The notes under the pieces: generated by a model
What the model saw: only the letters and a program-made list of their open reading frames with translations
The model's database searches: none
What the model was told of the DNA's origin: nothing
From: Octopus sinensis
Lineage: Eukaryota
Direction of reading: 5' to 3'
Length of the DNA stretch: 64,000 bases
NCBI RefSeq assembly: GCF_006345805.1
Contig: NC_043002.1
Span: forward strand, 63,240,001 to 63,304,000
Shown: one piece after another, positions 41,433 to 54,109 of the stretch
Layout of the letters: the number at the start of each line of letters is the position of its first letter
Numbering within the stretch: position 1 is the first letter of the stretch
Program-made: the position numbers and the translations under genes

Positions 41433-41918
41433 CAGTAATCCCTCGAAAATCACGGGTGTTACGTTAAAAAAGAACCGTGATAGTTGAACATCTGTCAAAT
41501 AGAAACAGTACTGTACTCTATATAGTTTTAAAAAATTATTTTAATAATTTGTATATATTTATTTTATTATAAATGCAAAGCAACATCACACACTTGTCTC
41601 CCGAGTTTCGTTTTCCATACAGTATGTGCAGTTTTTTGTTTACTCATCTGCGGTACTCTATATATTTTAATTAATGTGTTATAGAGTGCAGTAGTGTACT
41701 GTATATTTATTTATTAATTTATGAAGTTTTAGGCTTGAAAATGTTTATTTTAGCACGGAAAAAATTAAAATCTAAAAAGCAATATATAAATACATATCGG
41801 CCGCAGAATCCCGCGATATACAGAAGAGCCCGCGATATAAATTTACATATCTTATCTGAAAAATCCGCGATGTACTGAGGGCGTGATAGGTGAACCGTGT
41901 TAAGGTGAGTGATTACTG
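41433..41918. mobile_element. Tc1/pogo-type MITE with TA target duplication
   Basis: TA-CAGTAATCCCTCG...GTGATTACTG-TA; internal CCGCGAT sub-repeats. Confidence 0.75.
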
Positions 41919-41974
41919 TAATACATGCATGCATGAACATATATATACATACATGCATACATACATACATGATG

Positions 41975-42542
41975 TCTTAGCTAGGACACACTACAAAGAA
42001 ATTCGTCGGAACCCACAATATGGTAGAAGCCATAGCCACTCATAATAAAAAAGAGTACTGGTGGAATGTCCCAGTAAAGACCTCAATAAAATGTAAGCAC
42101 AACAAACCTGATGTAATAATTTGGGATAGAGAAAAGAAACTGCGCATAGTTCTGGAAATTAGCTACCCAGCGGATGTTAACATAAAGTTGAAGGTCAGTG
42201 AAAAACAGAATACCTACGCTGAACTTTTGAGAAATCTACGGTTAGTCTATCCATATTACAAGTTCAAGTTTATATCTTTAATTATTGGGGTCCTGGGATA
42301 TGTAACACACTGCCTAAATAACAATCTTGAGAATTTAGGTTCTTAAAACCAGAAAGGAGAAAGCTAATTCGAAGACTACAGATACAATCCATCACTGGAA
42401 CTGCAAAAATCTGTAGAAATGTCCAGGAGTTTATCATTTAAATGTATATGAGCATGTCTAGATACGCAACTATATGCATGAGAATACATACAGAAGAAAA
42501 AAGCATACAAACCTACACACACACACACACACACACACACAG

Positions 42543-42614
<72 letters not shown>

Positions 42615-42625
42615 ATGCAGGTTTG

Positions 42626-42671
<46 letters not shown>

Positions 42672-43090
42672 GAAATGAAGAAAATGCTGACAAATAATTG
42701 AAGTAATTTAAGTAATTTAATTAGGTGAAAGTTCTTTTTACCGGTTGCGCATTTGTTATGCTTATCAAAATATAAAAGAGAGCTCTCTTTTATATTTTGA
42801 TAAGCATAACAAATGCGCAACCGGTAAAAAGAACTTTCACCTAATTAAATTACTTAAATTTCTTCAATTATTTGTCAGCATTTTCTTCATTTCCTTTTTT
42901 ATATATCACCACTCGTGTTCGACATCTCCTTTTTTTAAATATATATATATATATACATAGATGCCTACAAACAAAAATGCCCTGTTGTTGATGTTGAAAT
43001 TCCAATGAGGGAGTCTTGAATCTAGGTTAGAAACCGACTCTTTTCTATTTGCAAGGAATCTTGTAATAAAACTGAACAATGATATACATA
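41975..43090 (+). mobile_element. 5'-truncated REL-type LINE family D3, interrupted in its 3' UTR by a palindrome and microsatellites
   Basis: ORF 42020-42346 WWNVPVKTSIKCKHNKPDVIIWD...LEISYPAD...EKQNTYAELL...IIGVLG; the 3' UTR resumes at about 42960 and ends AATAAAACTGAACAATGA(TACA)n. Confidence 0.85.
42667..42898. repeat. Spacer-less palindrome, 116-bp arms (1 mismatch), carrying a variant hammerhead-like motif
   Basis: Centre GAGAGCTCTC at 42778-42787; right arm TTGATAA-gcat/aacaa/atgc-GCAA-c-cg-g-TA at 42797-42826. Confidence 0.9.
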
Positions 43091-43704
43091 CATATACATT
43101 GATAGAGCACAACACGCTAGTACAGGAATCTAAAGCTCTATCGAGACAATTTGTTTGTCAAAGTGTATCTACGTCGTAATTTCTATTATTATAGTAGCGT
43201 GTTGTGTTAGGTTATATGGTAAATTAATTTCAACACATACAATATTCTCTCGAACTCTCTTGGTAGATTGTCACAACCAGATCAAGTAAATGAATCAACC
43301 ACAGTAGTGTCACAAAAGAATGGTCCAAGGATCTGTTTTCATAATAAAGCACACCCTACTTATTGTACAACAGTGGTACGTTCTAGCAAAGTAAATGGAT
43401 TTCCCTATGCGCAGAAGTAGATAATTTAGCCATTTAAATGAAATGTAGCCGCATCATCACAAAAAAGTTTTGCTTGAAAGAGTTCACTTACTTTTTATCC
43501 AATACCTCTCGTAAGCCTACACACGTCAGTCTGGATCATCTTTTCTGGCAGGATGGAATATTCTTGGAACGTAATATTTTCAATGTTAATGCTTCAACAT
43601 ATAATGGACGCTTGGTATTGAAAATATTATCTCGCTTGTTATCGGGCAGATTTTCTTTTTTTGTGTCCTTACATTTCGGAACTGTTTCTTGCTTTATTCT
43701 TTCA

Positions 43705-43810
43705 CTCTTTTACTTGTTTCAGTCATTTGACTGTGGCCATGCTGGAGCACCACCTTTATTCGAGCAAATTGACCCCAGGACTTATTCTTTGTAAGCCTAG
43801 TACTTACTTA
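43705..43810 (-). mobile_element. SINE family A, 3' tail only
   Basis: Matches the family-A tail. Confidence 0.8.
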
Positions 43811-44304
43811 ATACGTTTGGTAGTGAGTGTTCTTATTCCTTTCAGAGTTCATTTCATTTGGTCGTATGTAACTACTTGTAAGGCTTCGAGTTTAGTTGAC
43901 GGCTGCACACAAAACTTTAGGTAGAATAGCAAGATGTGTTCTCCTTCCAATTTCTTTTACAAGCCTTGTTGCTGTTTTGGGAGACTGCAAGTTTCTGAGT
44001 TACTATGGCCGCCATCCCACCAACCCTGTCAGTACATGGCCTTGGAGTCACACCCAACGCATGTATTTTAGTCGTCATTATTTTTGTTGTTAATGTTGTT
44101 GTTGACAATGTTCATTCTGCTGCTGTTGCCATTATTGTTGCTGCAGTTATTGTTGTTGTCGCTACTTTAGTTGTTGCGATGGATTTGTTCGTGATGCTGC
44201 TGATATGCTTTTGTTTATGCCGTTAAATTTACGCCATTTAGCTGTTATTAATATGATGTCTTCATGCATACTTCCTCATTGTATCCTCGCACATTGTTAT
44301 GGGA

Positions 44305-44517
44305 AGATCCTGAACATACCCTTTTCATACTCTTTTCATATTATATTATACTCTTTTCATATTACCATACGTTTCTTGTAATTTTTTGTATTCTTATTTC
44401 ACCCTCTTTTGTATTTTAAGTTCCCCGATTTTGTCTTTGTATATGTTTTACTTGTGATTAGATTATTCTGTATTTAGACCCTTGTGGGTAATAAAAGAAA
44501 TAGATCCTGAACACACC
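44305..44517 (+). mobile_element. Short retro-insertion (LINE 3' UTR-like) with 16-bp TSD
   Basis: AGATCCTGAACA(T/C)ACC at 44305-44320 and 44502-44517; the insert ends CCCTTGTGGGTAATAAAAGAAAT, like family-B SINE tails. Confidence 0.75.
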
Positions 44518-45669
44518 CAGATTTCTGAAGTTGGACTAACCGATTACAATGAATAAGAACTTAGCGAACTGTCAGTAGTCAAGTTGCCGGTGTTAATTCG
44601 ACCGTGTTCGTTAAACGTGTTAATTCGGTGAGGCTTGGTTTAGCAGTCTTTAGTTGAACAGTGAACACTGGGTATCGTACCTACAATTGAGCAGTAGGGA
44701 ATACGTTCTGTGTTAACATATATTTCTGCGTTAGGCTATTTTTAGATAACCATAACCAACTCTTTATTTGTGTAATACTATTTTACACCAGACGTGTATA
44801 CCCACGTCATAACACACATCAAATCCAATTTCCTTCTCATGGACCTTGTCACCAAATTACAATCTTATATTGAAAGCTAATTTTGCCATTCCTTGCATAA
44901 CTCACTCCAAATTCTTGGACATCTTCTTTTCCTTTCTCACATTCTACAAAATGTTACAAATGACAATATAATTGTAAAAGAATATAAGTTAATTTTATTA
45001 AAGACATTTGACAGTGATGCATTCTAGAAGGGAAACGGAGAACAACATCTTAAAAGAATTTTTTAAAATCACGTTAATTCAGCGCTAATCAAGAAGAAAG
45101 CCTAATTAGATTTTAGCAAATGATTTTGCAAAAGAGAGGTGTTAATACGAAATACATAAAATTCTTAAAATTAAGAAAAAGAACAATCTCGGGAGAAAAT
45201 TCTAAGATATCATAAGCGATACTTTGTAAGTTGTTTATTCGCTTAAAATGTTTTCGTCCATGAGACAACTTTACAGACAACAAAAACTGGTTACTAAGTA
45301 ACAGAATCGATCGAATATGTTGCAGCATGTGGAGTGGATATTTGTACACAGAGTTCAAATTCTGCAGTGGTAGATTTTGGATTCCATCCTTATGCAATTG
45401 ATTCCTTACCAATCGAATTTTAGGTTCAATGCCTTCACTTCTTCTGCACTCAAGGTCTGTCCCTCATTTCTACTCACCCAGTCTTTGCCTGTCTGCCTCC
45501 CTTGACCTTTCACCATACCTCCATTCTCTCTTTCCATCGTAGGAACACTCGGTACAAAGCTGCAAAATCTGTTTTCCATGAGCAAGGTTTTATACAGATT
45601 GTCTTATTCAGTAACTGGTATTCTGTTTCTCGTACATGGCCGGCTGCTAACGATTCTCCAAACATGACC

Positions 45670-45720
<51 letters not shown>

Positions 45721-45725
<5 letters not shown>

Positions 45726-45890
45726 TAAAATATTAGGGAATAAATCCAAACTTACAGGGAAAAATCAGATTTAGGATTAAATCCATTTTATAGTATAAAT
45801 ATATTATATTATATTATATTAAATTAGAGATAAAACCACTATTAGGCAAATCAAACAATGAAAAACATAAGCCAATACATAAAATTAATT
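45721..45890 (+). repeat. Truncated copy of the 25921 element (ends before the ribozyme)
   Basis: AATATTAGGGAATAAATCCAAA.TTACAGGGAAAAATCAGATTTAGGATTAAATCC...AAAACCACTATT is shared. Confidence 0.8.
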
Positions 45891-45956
45891 ATTTATATTA
45901 TTTTAAATATATATCAAAAGTATTAAAAATTTAATAATATATATATATTATATATA

Positions 45957-46017
<61 letters not shown>

Positions 46018-46018
<1 letters not shown>

Positions 46019-46338
46019 TCTTTCAACTCTTTTACTTGTTTCAGTCACTTGAAATCGACCCCATGACTTATTCCTTTGTAAGCCTAGTACTCATTCTATC
46101 GGTCTCTTTTGCGGAACCGCTAAGTTACGGGGACCTAAATACACCAGCATTAATATATATATATATACATATATACGATGGCCTTCTTTCAGTTTCCGCC
46201 TGCCAAATCAAGTCACAAGGATTTGGCCGCCCCGAGGTTATAGTAGAACACACTTGCCTAAGGTGCCACGCAGTGGGTCTGAACCTGAAACCATGTGATT
46301 GATAAGCAAGCTACTTGTGACACAGCCACTCCTGCGCT
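46018..46338 (-). mobile_element. SINE family A
   Basis: Head CACAGCCACTCCTGCGC in reverse; tail present. Confidence 0.85.
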
Positions 46339-46679
46339 TAATATATATAATATGGATTTGATCCATTGAAAGCTGTTGTGAATTTATAGCAAATTCCATC
46401 TGTCAGTGTTTCATTTTACGTACTTCCTTTTACTAAATATTATTCAGTTACGTAAGCCGAGTGAAATACTTTCTCAGCAATATTGCCTAAAGTTGAAATT
46501 TCTTACTTATTTTTAAATATATACTATATTTTCGTCAGTAGAATTAAAAAATTTTCGCATATTCTTGAATGTTCCTTTCAAAAATAACAAAGATTATTAT
46601 CATTTTAATTTTCATTATTGTCGTTGTTGTTATTGATACTACTGTTGTTGTTATTTGAGGCAGAATCGTTACACTTTGT

Positions 46680-46790
46680 CCTTCATACTTTCGGGGTCGG
46701 TCGATAAAATAAGTACCAGCTGAATACTGAGGTCAATGTCACTGACTTACACCCTTCGCCCCAAATTGCTGTGTTGGTGCCAAAATTTGA
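46680..46790 (+). mobile_element. SINE family B 3' fragment
   Basis: CCTTCATACTTTCGGGGTCGGTCGATAAAATAAGTACCAG central domain on the plus strand. Confidence 0.65.
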
Positions 46791-46889
46791 AATCACTATT
46801 ATGATTATTATCATCATCATCATCATCTTCATTATTATTGTTTTTGTTATTATTATTATTATGATTGGTGTTGTTGTCATTACTATTAT

Positions 46890-47190
46890 ATATTTAACTT
46901 TTACTTTGTATTTGTACAAGTTGGCTCCAAATCTCACCCAAAGACCTCAACAGACGACAACAAGTTCGAAGTTCATGTTGGTATTGTGCCTAGGTTGTCA
47001 TATATTTAGTTTTGCACAAAGTATTCTTCTCGAAAATGTATAAGAAAACATGAGAAAATGAATTTGTTTTATAATTTAAGATTACATAGACAGTATTTTA
47101 TGTAGGATATGGAAAGTTCCCATGCGCACTATCTTAGAATTTCTGCCATTTTGGGGTTTCCTAGTATCTAGGCTAAGTAGCAGTCAGGTC
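46890..47190 (-). mobile_element. Dong/R4-type LINE family D1, 3' end, between trinucleotide arrays
   Basis: Minus strand GNPKMAEILKIVRMGTFHILHKILSM* matches the end of the 24721 copy; (TAA)n on its 5' side. Confidence 0.85.
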
Positions 47191-47191
47191 C

Positions 47192-47248
<57 letters not shown>

Positions 47249-47282
47249 CATTATTATTATTATTATTACTATTATTATTATT

Positions 47283-47326
<44 letters not shown>

Positions 47327-47680
47327 TATTATTATTGACTGAGAGTGCAGTGCATGCCATCAAGTTTACAAATATCCGAAGTACAAATATCCGAAGACCA
47401 GTATAACCATCAAGACTAGCCGTCTGATAAGTGTACACAAGGCATATGCATCACAACCCCATGTGCGCGACATGGTGATGCCATATCAAGATGAACAGTG
47501 CATGACCTTGCAGTGGTGCCCAGTTAGTAGTTGCTTCAAGACAAGTAGCCCACCTTTTAGACCAAGACAGAGCAATATACATGATAACACTTCCAATGAG
47601 TTAAGACGAGAGGCCATGAGAACCGCTGCATGGTACTGCATCAGAACATTATTACTATTATTTATTATTATTATCTATTA

Positions 47681-47736
<56 letters not shown>

Positions 47737-47762
47737 GGTAGTAGTAATAGTAGTAGTAGTAA

Positions 47763-47807
<45 letters not shown>

Positions 47808-47811
47808 CAGC

Positions 47812-47876
<65 letters not shown>

Positions 47877-47885
47877 CAGCAGCAG
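47190..47885. repeat. (TAT)n and (TAG)n arrays surrounding an unclassified 290-bp insert (about 47345-47645)
   Basis: Arrays directly visible. Confidence 0.85.
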
Positions 47886-48435
47886 CAACATCAGTTGAAG
47901 TAGTAGTGTTGTTTTTGCTTTATAAGAATCAATAACGTATTGTCCATTGAACTGGATGTAAATACTTCATAAGAATTCATCGAAAAATCATTGAATTAAG
48001 CACAATTTACTGTTTGACACGCTCCATTGCACATCCGAGATTTACTAATTTATCCTCCATTACTTATATTCTACCAACTTGATTTCGTTCGGCTTTAAAG
48101 CAATTCAATTCAATTTATTTTAAATTTTGTTGTTGTTGATTAGCTTCAGGCTTGCCAGCATCGAGAAAACTCGTGCTAAAATGCATTCCAGCTGTGAATA
48201 TACTTTACGTTATGTAAATGTCTGGGTAAACATGATCGATTACACCGTTATTTTGTTTAACTTTAAGCAGTCATTCAAAGGATTCCCAGGTGTGATTTCT
48301 CGCCTTTCGAACGACATAGTATATTCGAATTCTTTGGTTAAGTCATCTCTCACATATACACAGAGACACACTCAGTTATGCATACAAAAAATGCCTATGC
48401 ATACATGCATACATATGTGTGTGGCTCTATATATA

Positions 48436-48850
48436 TATTTCTTTATTCATTGCCCACAGAGACGAAACATAGAGGAGACAAACAAGGACTGACAAAGAGA
48501 TTAAATCGATTACAACGACCAGAGTGTCTAACTGGTACTTATTTAATCGACCCTGAAAGGATGAAAGGCAAAGTCGACCTCGGCGGAATTTGAGCTCAGA
48601 ATGTAAGGGCAGGCGAATACCTATTTCTTTACTGCCCTCAAGGGGCTAAACACAGAGAGGACAAACAAGGACAGACGAACGTATTAAGTCGATTATATCG
48701 ACCCCGGTGCATAAATGGTAATTATTTAATCGATCCCGAAAGGATAAAGGTAAAGTCGACCTCAGCGGAATTTGAACTCAGGACGTAACGGCAGACGAAA
48801 TACCGCTAAATATTTCGCCCGGCTAGCTAACGATTCGCCAGCTCGCCGCC
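48436..48850 (-). mobile_element. SINE family B, tandem dimer
   Basis: Head at 48850; after the first tail (junction 48621/48622) the sequence restarts at the internal GGTATTCG.CTG motif. Confidence 0.85.
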
Positions 48851-48898
48851 TTGATGTGTATATATATATATTCTAAACAAAACTGTCAGACGGACGGA

Positions 48899-48936
<38 letters not shown>

Positions 48937-48970
48937 ATATATATATTCCGTCCGTCTGACAGTTTTGTTT

Positions 48971-49006
<36 letters not shown>

Positions 49007-49008
49007 AT

Positions 49009-49068
<60 letters not shown>

Positions 49069-49174
49069 ATATATATAATATATTCCGTCCGTCTGACAGT
49101 TTTGTTTAGAATATATATATTATATTATATATATTATTATATATATATATATATAGATATATATATATATATAT

Positions 49175-49244
<70 letters not shown>

Positions 49245-49323
49245 ATATATATATATAATTATATATATATATATATATAATATATATATATATATATTAT
49301 ATATTATATATATATATATTTAT

Positions 49324-49621
49324 GTGGAATCGCAATGGCCCAGTGGTTAGGGCAGCGGACTCGCGGTCGTAGGATCGCGGTTTCGATTCCCAGACCGGGT
49401 GTTGTCAGTGTTTATTGAGCGAAAACACCACGAGGCTCGGACAGGGGCTGGTGATCCCTGCTGTACTCTTTCATCACTCTTTCTTTCACTCTTTCTTCTG
49501 TTGGCCTGCTCGCTTAGCCAGCGGGGTGGCATCATTCGAAGGCTAAAACAATGCGAACGCATCGTGACCAGCGATGTGTAACTACATCTGATGGACTGGT
49601 CGGTCACGTGATCACGTGATA
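49324..49621 (+). mobile_element. SINE with family-C head and a different 3' tail
   Basis: Same head as 31032; the tail CCTGCTCGCTTAGCCAGCGGGGTGG...GGTCACGTGATCACGTGATA is unrelated to the 30652 tail. Confidence 0.85.
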
Positions 49622-49732
49622 TATATTTATATACACACACAAACACACATACACGCACACACACATATATACATATATACATGTAGATATATATATATAG
49701 ATGCATATATTTATATCTATATATATGTGTAT

Positions 49733-50785
49733 ACTGAGGTGGTATGAAGAGGTTCCTTCACTACTTATGGTCAATAAAATATGACTTATTTACCTAAGTT
49801 TTAACATCATTCACTCTCAATCTTGGAAACGGTGTTAAATAGGCGACCTATGGACTGCATATTCACGTTGGGGAAGAGATGGAAGTGTGCAGGTGCTAAA
49901 TGTGACGAACAGAGTAGGTGCGGAAGCGATACCATGTTGTTTTGGGCGAATAAACCACGTGTTAGGAGATCTCAGTGACAAGTTACATTGTGATTGTGAA
50001 GAATCCAATCATTTGCGCTCCACATATCCGGTCACATTCGCCGAATTTCTTCCCTCAAATACTTCAAAACGTTGCAGGACACTCGATTGACGGTCTGGTA
50101 TCGGGGGATCAATTCTTGATGCACAAAACCACAGATGTCGAAAAAAATAAAGAACCGTTGAGTATTTTCTTCATTGAGTTACAGCTCTGTCGTGCCTTCT
50201 TGGGTCGTAGTGCTGAAGGACTCTTCCATTATGATGACTGCTGTTTCGTTTCAGTTTCCTAGACCAAACTTTCGTAACCGATGATGGTCCTCGGTTGCAC
50301 GCTGACGGAGATATTGACTGGATTCGATGGGATATTCTTTCTGCTCAGTGGTCAGCATGGGGCGGACAAACTTGACAAAGACACACCGCATGTTCAGTTC
50401 AGACGTTAGTATTGCCTACACGGACTCATATAACAGATCAACAATATCAGCAATGTCGTTGAATGTCCTCCGGTGATCCTCTTGAGCAAGCTCAGGAATT
50501 TTCTCCAGATTTTCGGGTGAGACGCTCGTGGCAGGTATTCCAAATCGTTCGTCTTCTTGCAGGGATAAACTTCCGCTTTTGAAGCGCCTGTGCCACTCGA
50601 AACTTTACGTATGGCCCATGTCTCGTCGCCGTAGGATTGCAGAAACATGCTCTGTGTCTCTGTGTCAGACTTCTCATGTTTAATACAAAATAATTCACGT
50701 TGATTCTTTGTTCCTGTGCATGACAAAATCACAGACTATAACTACGGATCACGTGTCTTCTGTAGTCTCTGTATACGGTAGTCTG
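49733..50785 (-). mobile_element. Degenerate mariner transposon, N- and C-terminal parts, with deletions and frameshifts
   Basis: QRELFCIKHEKSDTETQSMFLQSYGDET and EWHRRFKSG (mariner HTH region); HFHLFPNVNMQSIGRLF near 49850-49900; weak TIR remnants with TA ends. Confidence 0.8.
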
Positions 50786-50792
50786 TGATATA

Positions 50793-50860
<68 letters not shown>

Positions 50861-51208
50861 TATATATATATATACACACACATATATATATACACGCACG
50901 CACACACACACACAAATATATATATATGCATATATGTGTGTGTGGGTGTGTGTGCGTATGCATAGATATATGCGCATACATTTAATGAGCATAAGTACTT
51001 TATATATGTTTTTTTCTCATTTCATCGTTGTATGGAAAGAGTAATTACACCAAAGCTAAATTCAACAAAGTTGACAATCAAATTAACCGTTTTATATATG
51101 ATGGCCAAAAGAATCGGTGAAACTGTATCCTCTTCTGTGTGACACTTTACATATAACTGGTAAAGTAGTTATATGTAGAGTGTAGGATGCAGGCTACTAC
51201 AACAACTC

Positions 51209-51603
51209 TTTTATTTCTTTCAGTCATTCAACTGTAGCTATGCTGGAGTACCGCCTTTAGTCGAGCAAATCGACCCCAGGACTTATTCTTTGTAAGCTTA
51301 GTATTTATTCTACCGGTCTATTTTGCCGAACCACTGGTATGTTGACGGACAAGTGAACACAACATCGGTTTTCAAGCGATGTTGTGGGGACAAACACAGG
51401 CACACAAGCATATACACACATACATATTTATACATATATACGACGGGCTTCTTTTAGTTTCCGTCTACGAAATCTACTCACAAGGCTTTGGTTGGTCCGA
51501 GGCTATAGTAGAAGACCCTTGCCCAAGTTGCCACGCAGTGGGACTGAACCCGGAACCATGTGGCTGGTAAGCAACCTACTTTCCACACAACCACTCCTAC
51601 GCC
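51209..51603 (-). mobile_element. SINE family A, full-length
   Basis: Head and tail both recognisable. Confidence 0.88.
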
Positions 51604-52417
51604 TATAAACTTAGAAACCAGCGATATTGTTTTAGATGCGGTAGGGAATAGTAATTGCTACTTTGACGTATTGATCATGGAATATTGGGCAGGAATTATT
51701 TGCAAATCCATTTGTGGATATCATGCAACAGGAACAACAGATTTACTAGTTCTTTCACTCAATACATGTAATCTAAGCGATTTAAGTCAACTTCGTTGTA
51801 ATACGCTCGAGTTTAATTGAACAAGCCTTTATCAACGAGAATATATGGTTTGATAGCAGGATTTGTTTAATTAACCGTATATGCAAATATATTAATTACT
51901 GTAGATACAAATTTGTTTAATAACTGTATATGCAAATATAACCGCTAGGAGACATAGGCACGCACCCGAACTGCTCACCTAGTGGCACATCCAAGATATA
52001 GCACATCCAGCTAGAGAGAGTAAGAGAGGGAGAGATGGAGAGAACATGAGTGAGAGAGCGGAAGTGAGAATGCGAATGAGAGATGACTGCCCGTGTGGGT
52101 GACAGACAGATCGGTAGACTAGCGTAATGTAAAAGGAAGCGCTGATCGGGAAGATACGTAACTCATGCCATTCTCATCGTAATATTATCATATTGACCTC
52201 TAGGTCACGCTCTATCATTGCGTAGCTTCAGAACTAATATTTAATTGTTTGTGGGCAGTAGCAGTGGTATATATTTCAATAGTGCTTAATTAGTATGCTG
52301 AATAAACATCGATGAACACCAATCACACAGTTAAATAGAGAGAGTCATTCAATTACAAATAAACAACTGTATACATACACGTGTTCATATATTGCTGGTC
52401 GCTACTTCCAGACTTAC

Positions 52418-52555
52418 AAGCGTATATTTTGCTTGTAATTCTTTATAACCAGGATAAAGATATCGTCCGAGGAATTTGTGAATTTGCCGTTGAAGCATTA
52501 GACAATATAGCTGCGTTACACTGAAGCAATCATTGGTGCCTTGAGTGTTACAAAA
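52418..52555 (-). CDS. Candidate internal exon (138 nt; FCNTQGTNDCFSVTQLYCLMLQRQIHKFLGRYLYPGYKELQAKYTL)
   Basis: Acceptor gttatcactatttccag, donor CTT|gtaagtc, a single frame open across all 46 codons (phase 0 to 0). Confidence 0.5.
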
Positions 52556-53765
52556 CTGGAAATAGTGATAACATGATATTCAGTCTGCAAGTCGATGCTA
52601 ACTCTGGCATTTTGTTAACAAACAATCATCAGGTCGTTATGAATTTCGAAAATTTGAAATGCTATTTTGCTACACTACTTTCACAACGATACAACACACA
52701 ATGTAATGATGGTAGATTACGCGAGGTTTCCTTTTTTCTAATGTGCTTGTATGAAAATGAGATTGTTTGAAAGTCTGAGTGGGTGTGGACGAATGCAGGA
52801 GTTTGTGAGGTTTGCTTATGTATGACTACACTTGAAATGACGCGGTAGATTCTTACAACAATATTTCGGTTGCATTCGCGGAACACAGTACTGCCGCAGT
52901 TAATCAAATGCTAGGTATATACAATTCAAAATGTTACTCACCAACTGTGCATACAAGACATATAGATATAGAAATCAGTCTCTAAAACAATTGCGTATGT
53001 AAGACAAATAAAAAAAAAATGGTATCCGACTACTAGGTATAAAACATTTATTTCAAAATTTCCACAAATTCTGGCATCGTTCATTCAGTTTTATATGTTT
53101 TTAAAGATTTTATGTGTATGAAAATAAATGAGATAATTCTTCAAAAATTGATTTGGAAATAACTGGCAGAGTTGAAGGTTCTTTTCAATAATTAATGAAG
53201 CTCGTTGTCTTTGAGAACCTATTTGTTCATATGGGAAATGAATTCTTTTGCTTCACAACATCGATATTCTTGCTGATCGCTGAATTGAAACAAATCTTAT
53301 TATTCTCTCGAGCTTGTAATTTTTTCTTGATGCTTGTTGTTTGTTGTGAGTGGTTCTGAAGAGGCATTGCAAGTGCCTGGTTATACTTGTCCACAAGGCA
53401 CTCTTGAAAAGTACTTCAAAACTATAATAGCATGTAACACAGCTGCAAAACGACACGCCACCGTCTTTTCATTTTTTCTTTCAATAACGACTGCAAAATA
53501 TTATCATTGGTCGATATGACCAACTTCCTTCTTGGATACAGAGTGAAACGATTGTACGGAACTAGAAAAGAGCGCTACAAATACGCATACACGAAAAAAA
53601 AACAGCCATTTTAATTGCTTGTGTGTGAACCTATGTAAATACGTATATGTAAATGTGTATGTTAAAATATTTTTTAAAGAATATTTCAATAAAACTTCAC
53701 CAAGAGAGAGAACAAATGGCGAGAAGCTATAATATATATAAATTACCTATTGCACCCTATATCCT

Positions 53766-54109
53766 GGCACTCCGTCGCTTACGACGACGAGCGTTCCAGT
53801 TTATCGGATCAACGGAACAGTCTGAAATTAATGTGCAAGTGGGTGAGGACTTCACATACACGTATACTCTTTACGTAGTTCTCGGGGAAATTTAGCGTGA
53901 TACAGAGTGTGACAAGACTGGCCTCTTTGAAATACAGGTACAACAGAAGGTTGTGGTGAAATAGTACAGCAGAGTTCGGCACCACCTTCTTCCGGAGCCT
54001 TTAGGTGATTTCGCTCAAGAAATACTCACAACGCCAGGGCGTAGAATCGAAACCGCGATCCTACGACCGTGAATCCGCTGTCCTAAATACTAGTCCATTG
54101 CGACTCCAC
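53766..54109 (-). mobile_element. SINE family C, diverged full-length
   Basis: Co-linear with 30652-31032. Confidence 0.85.
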
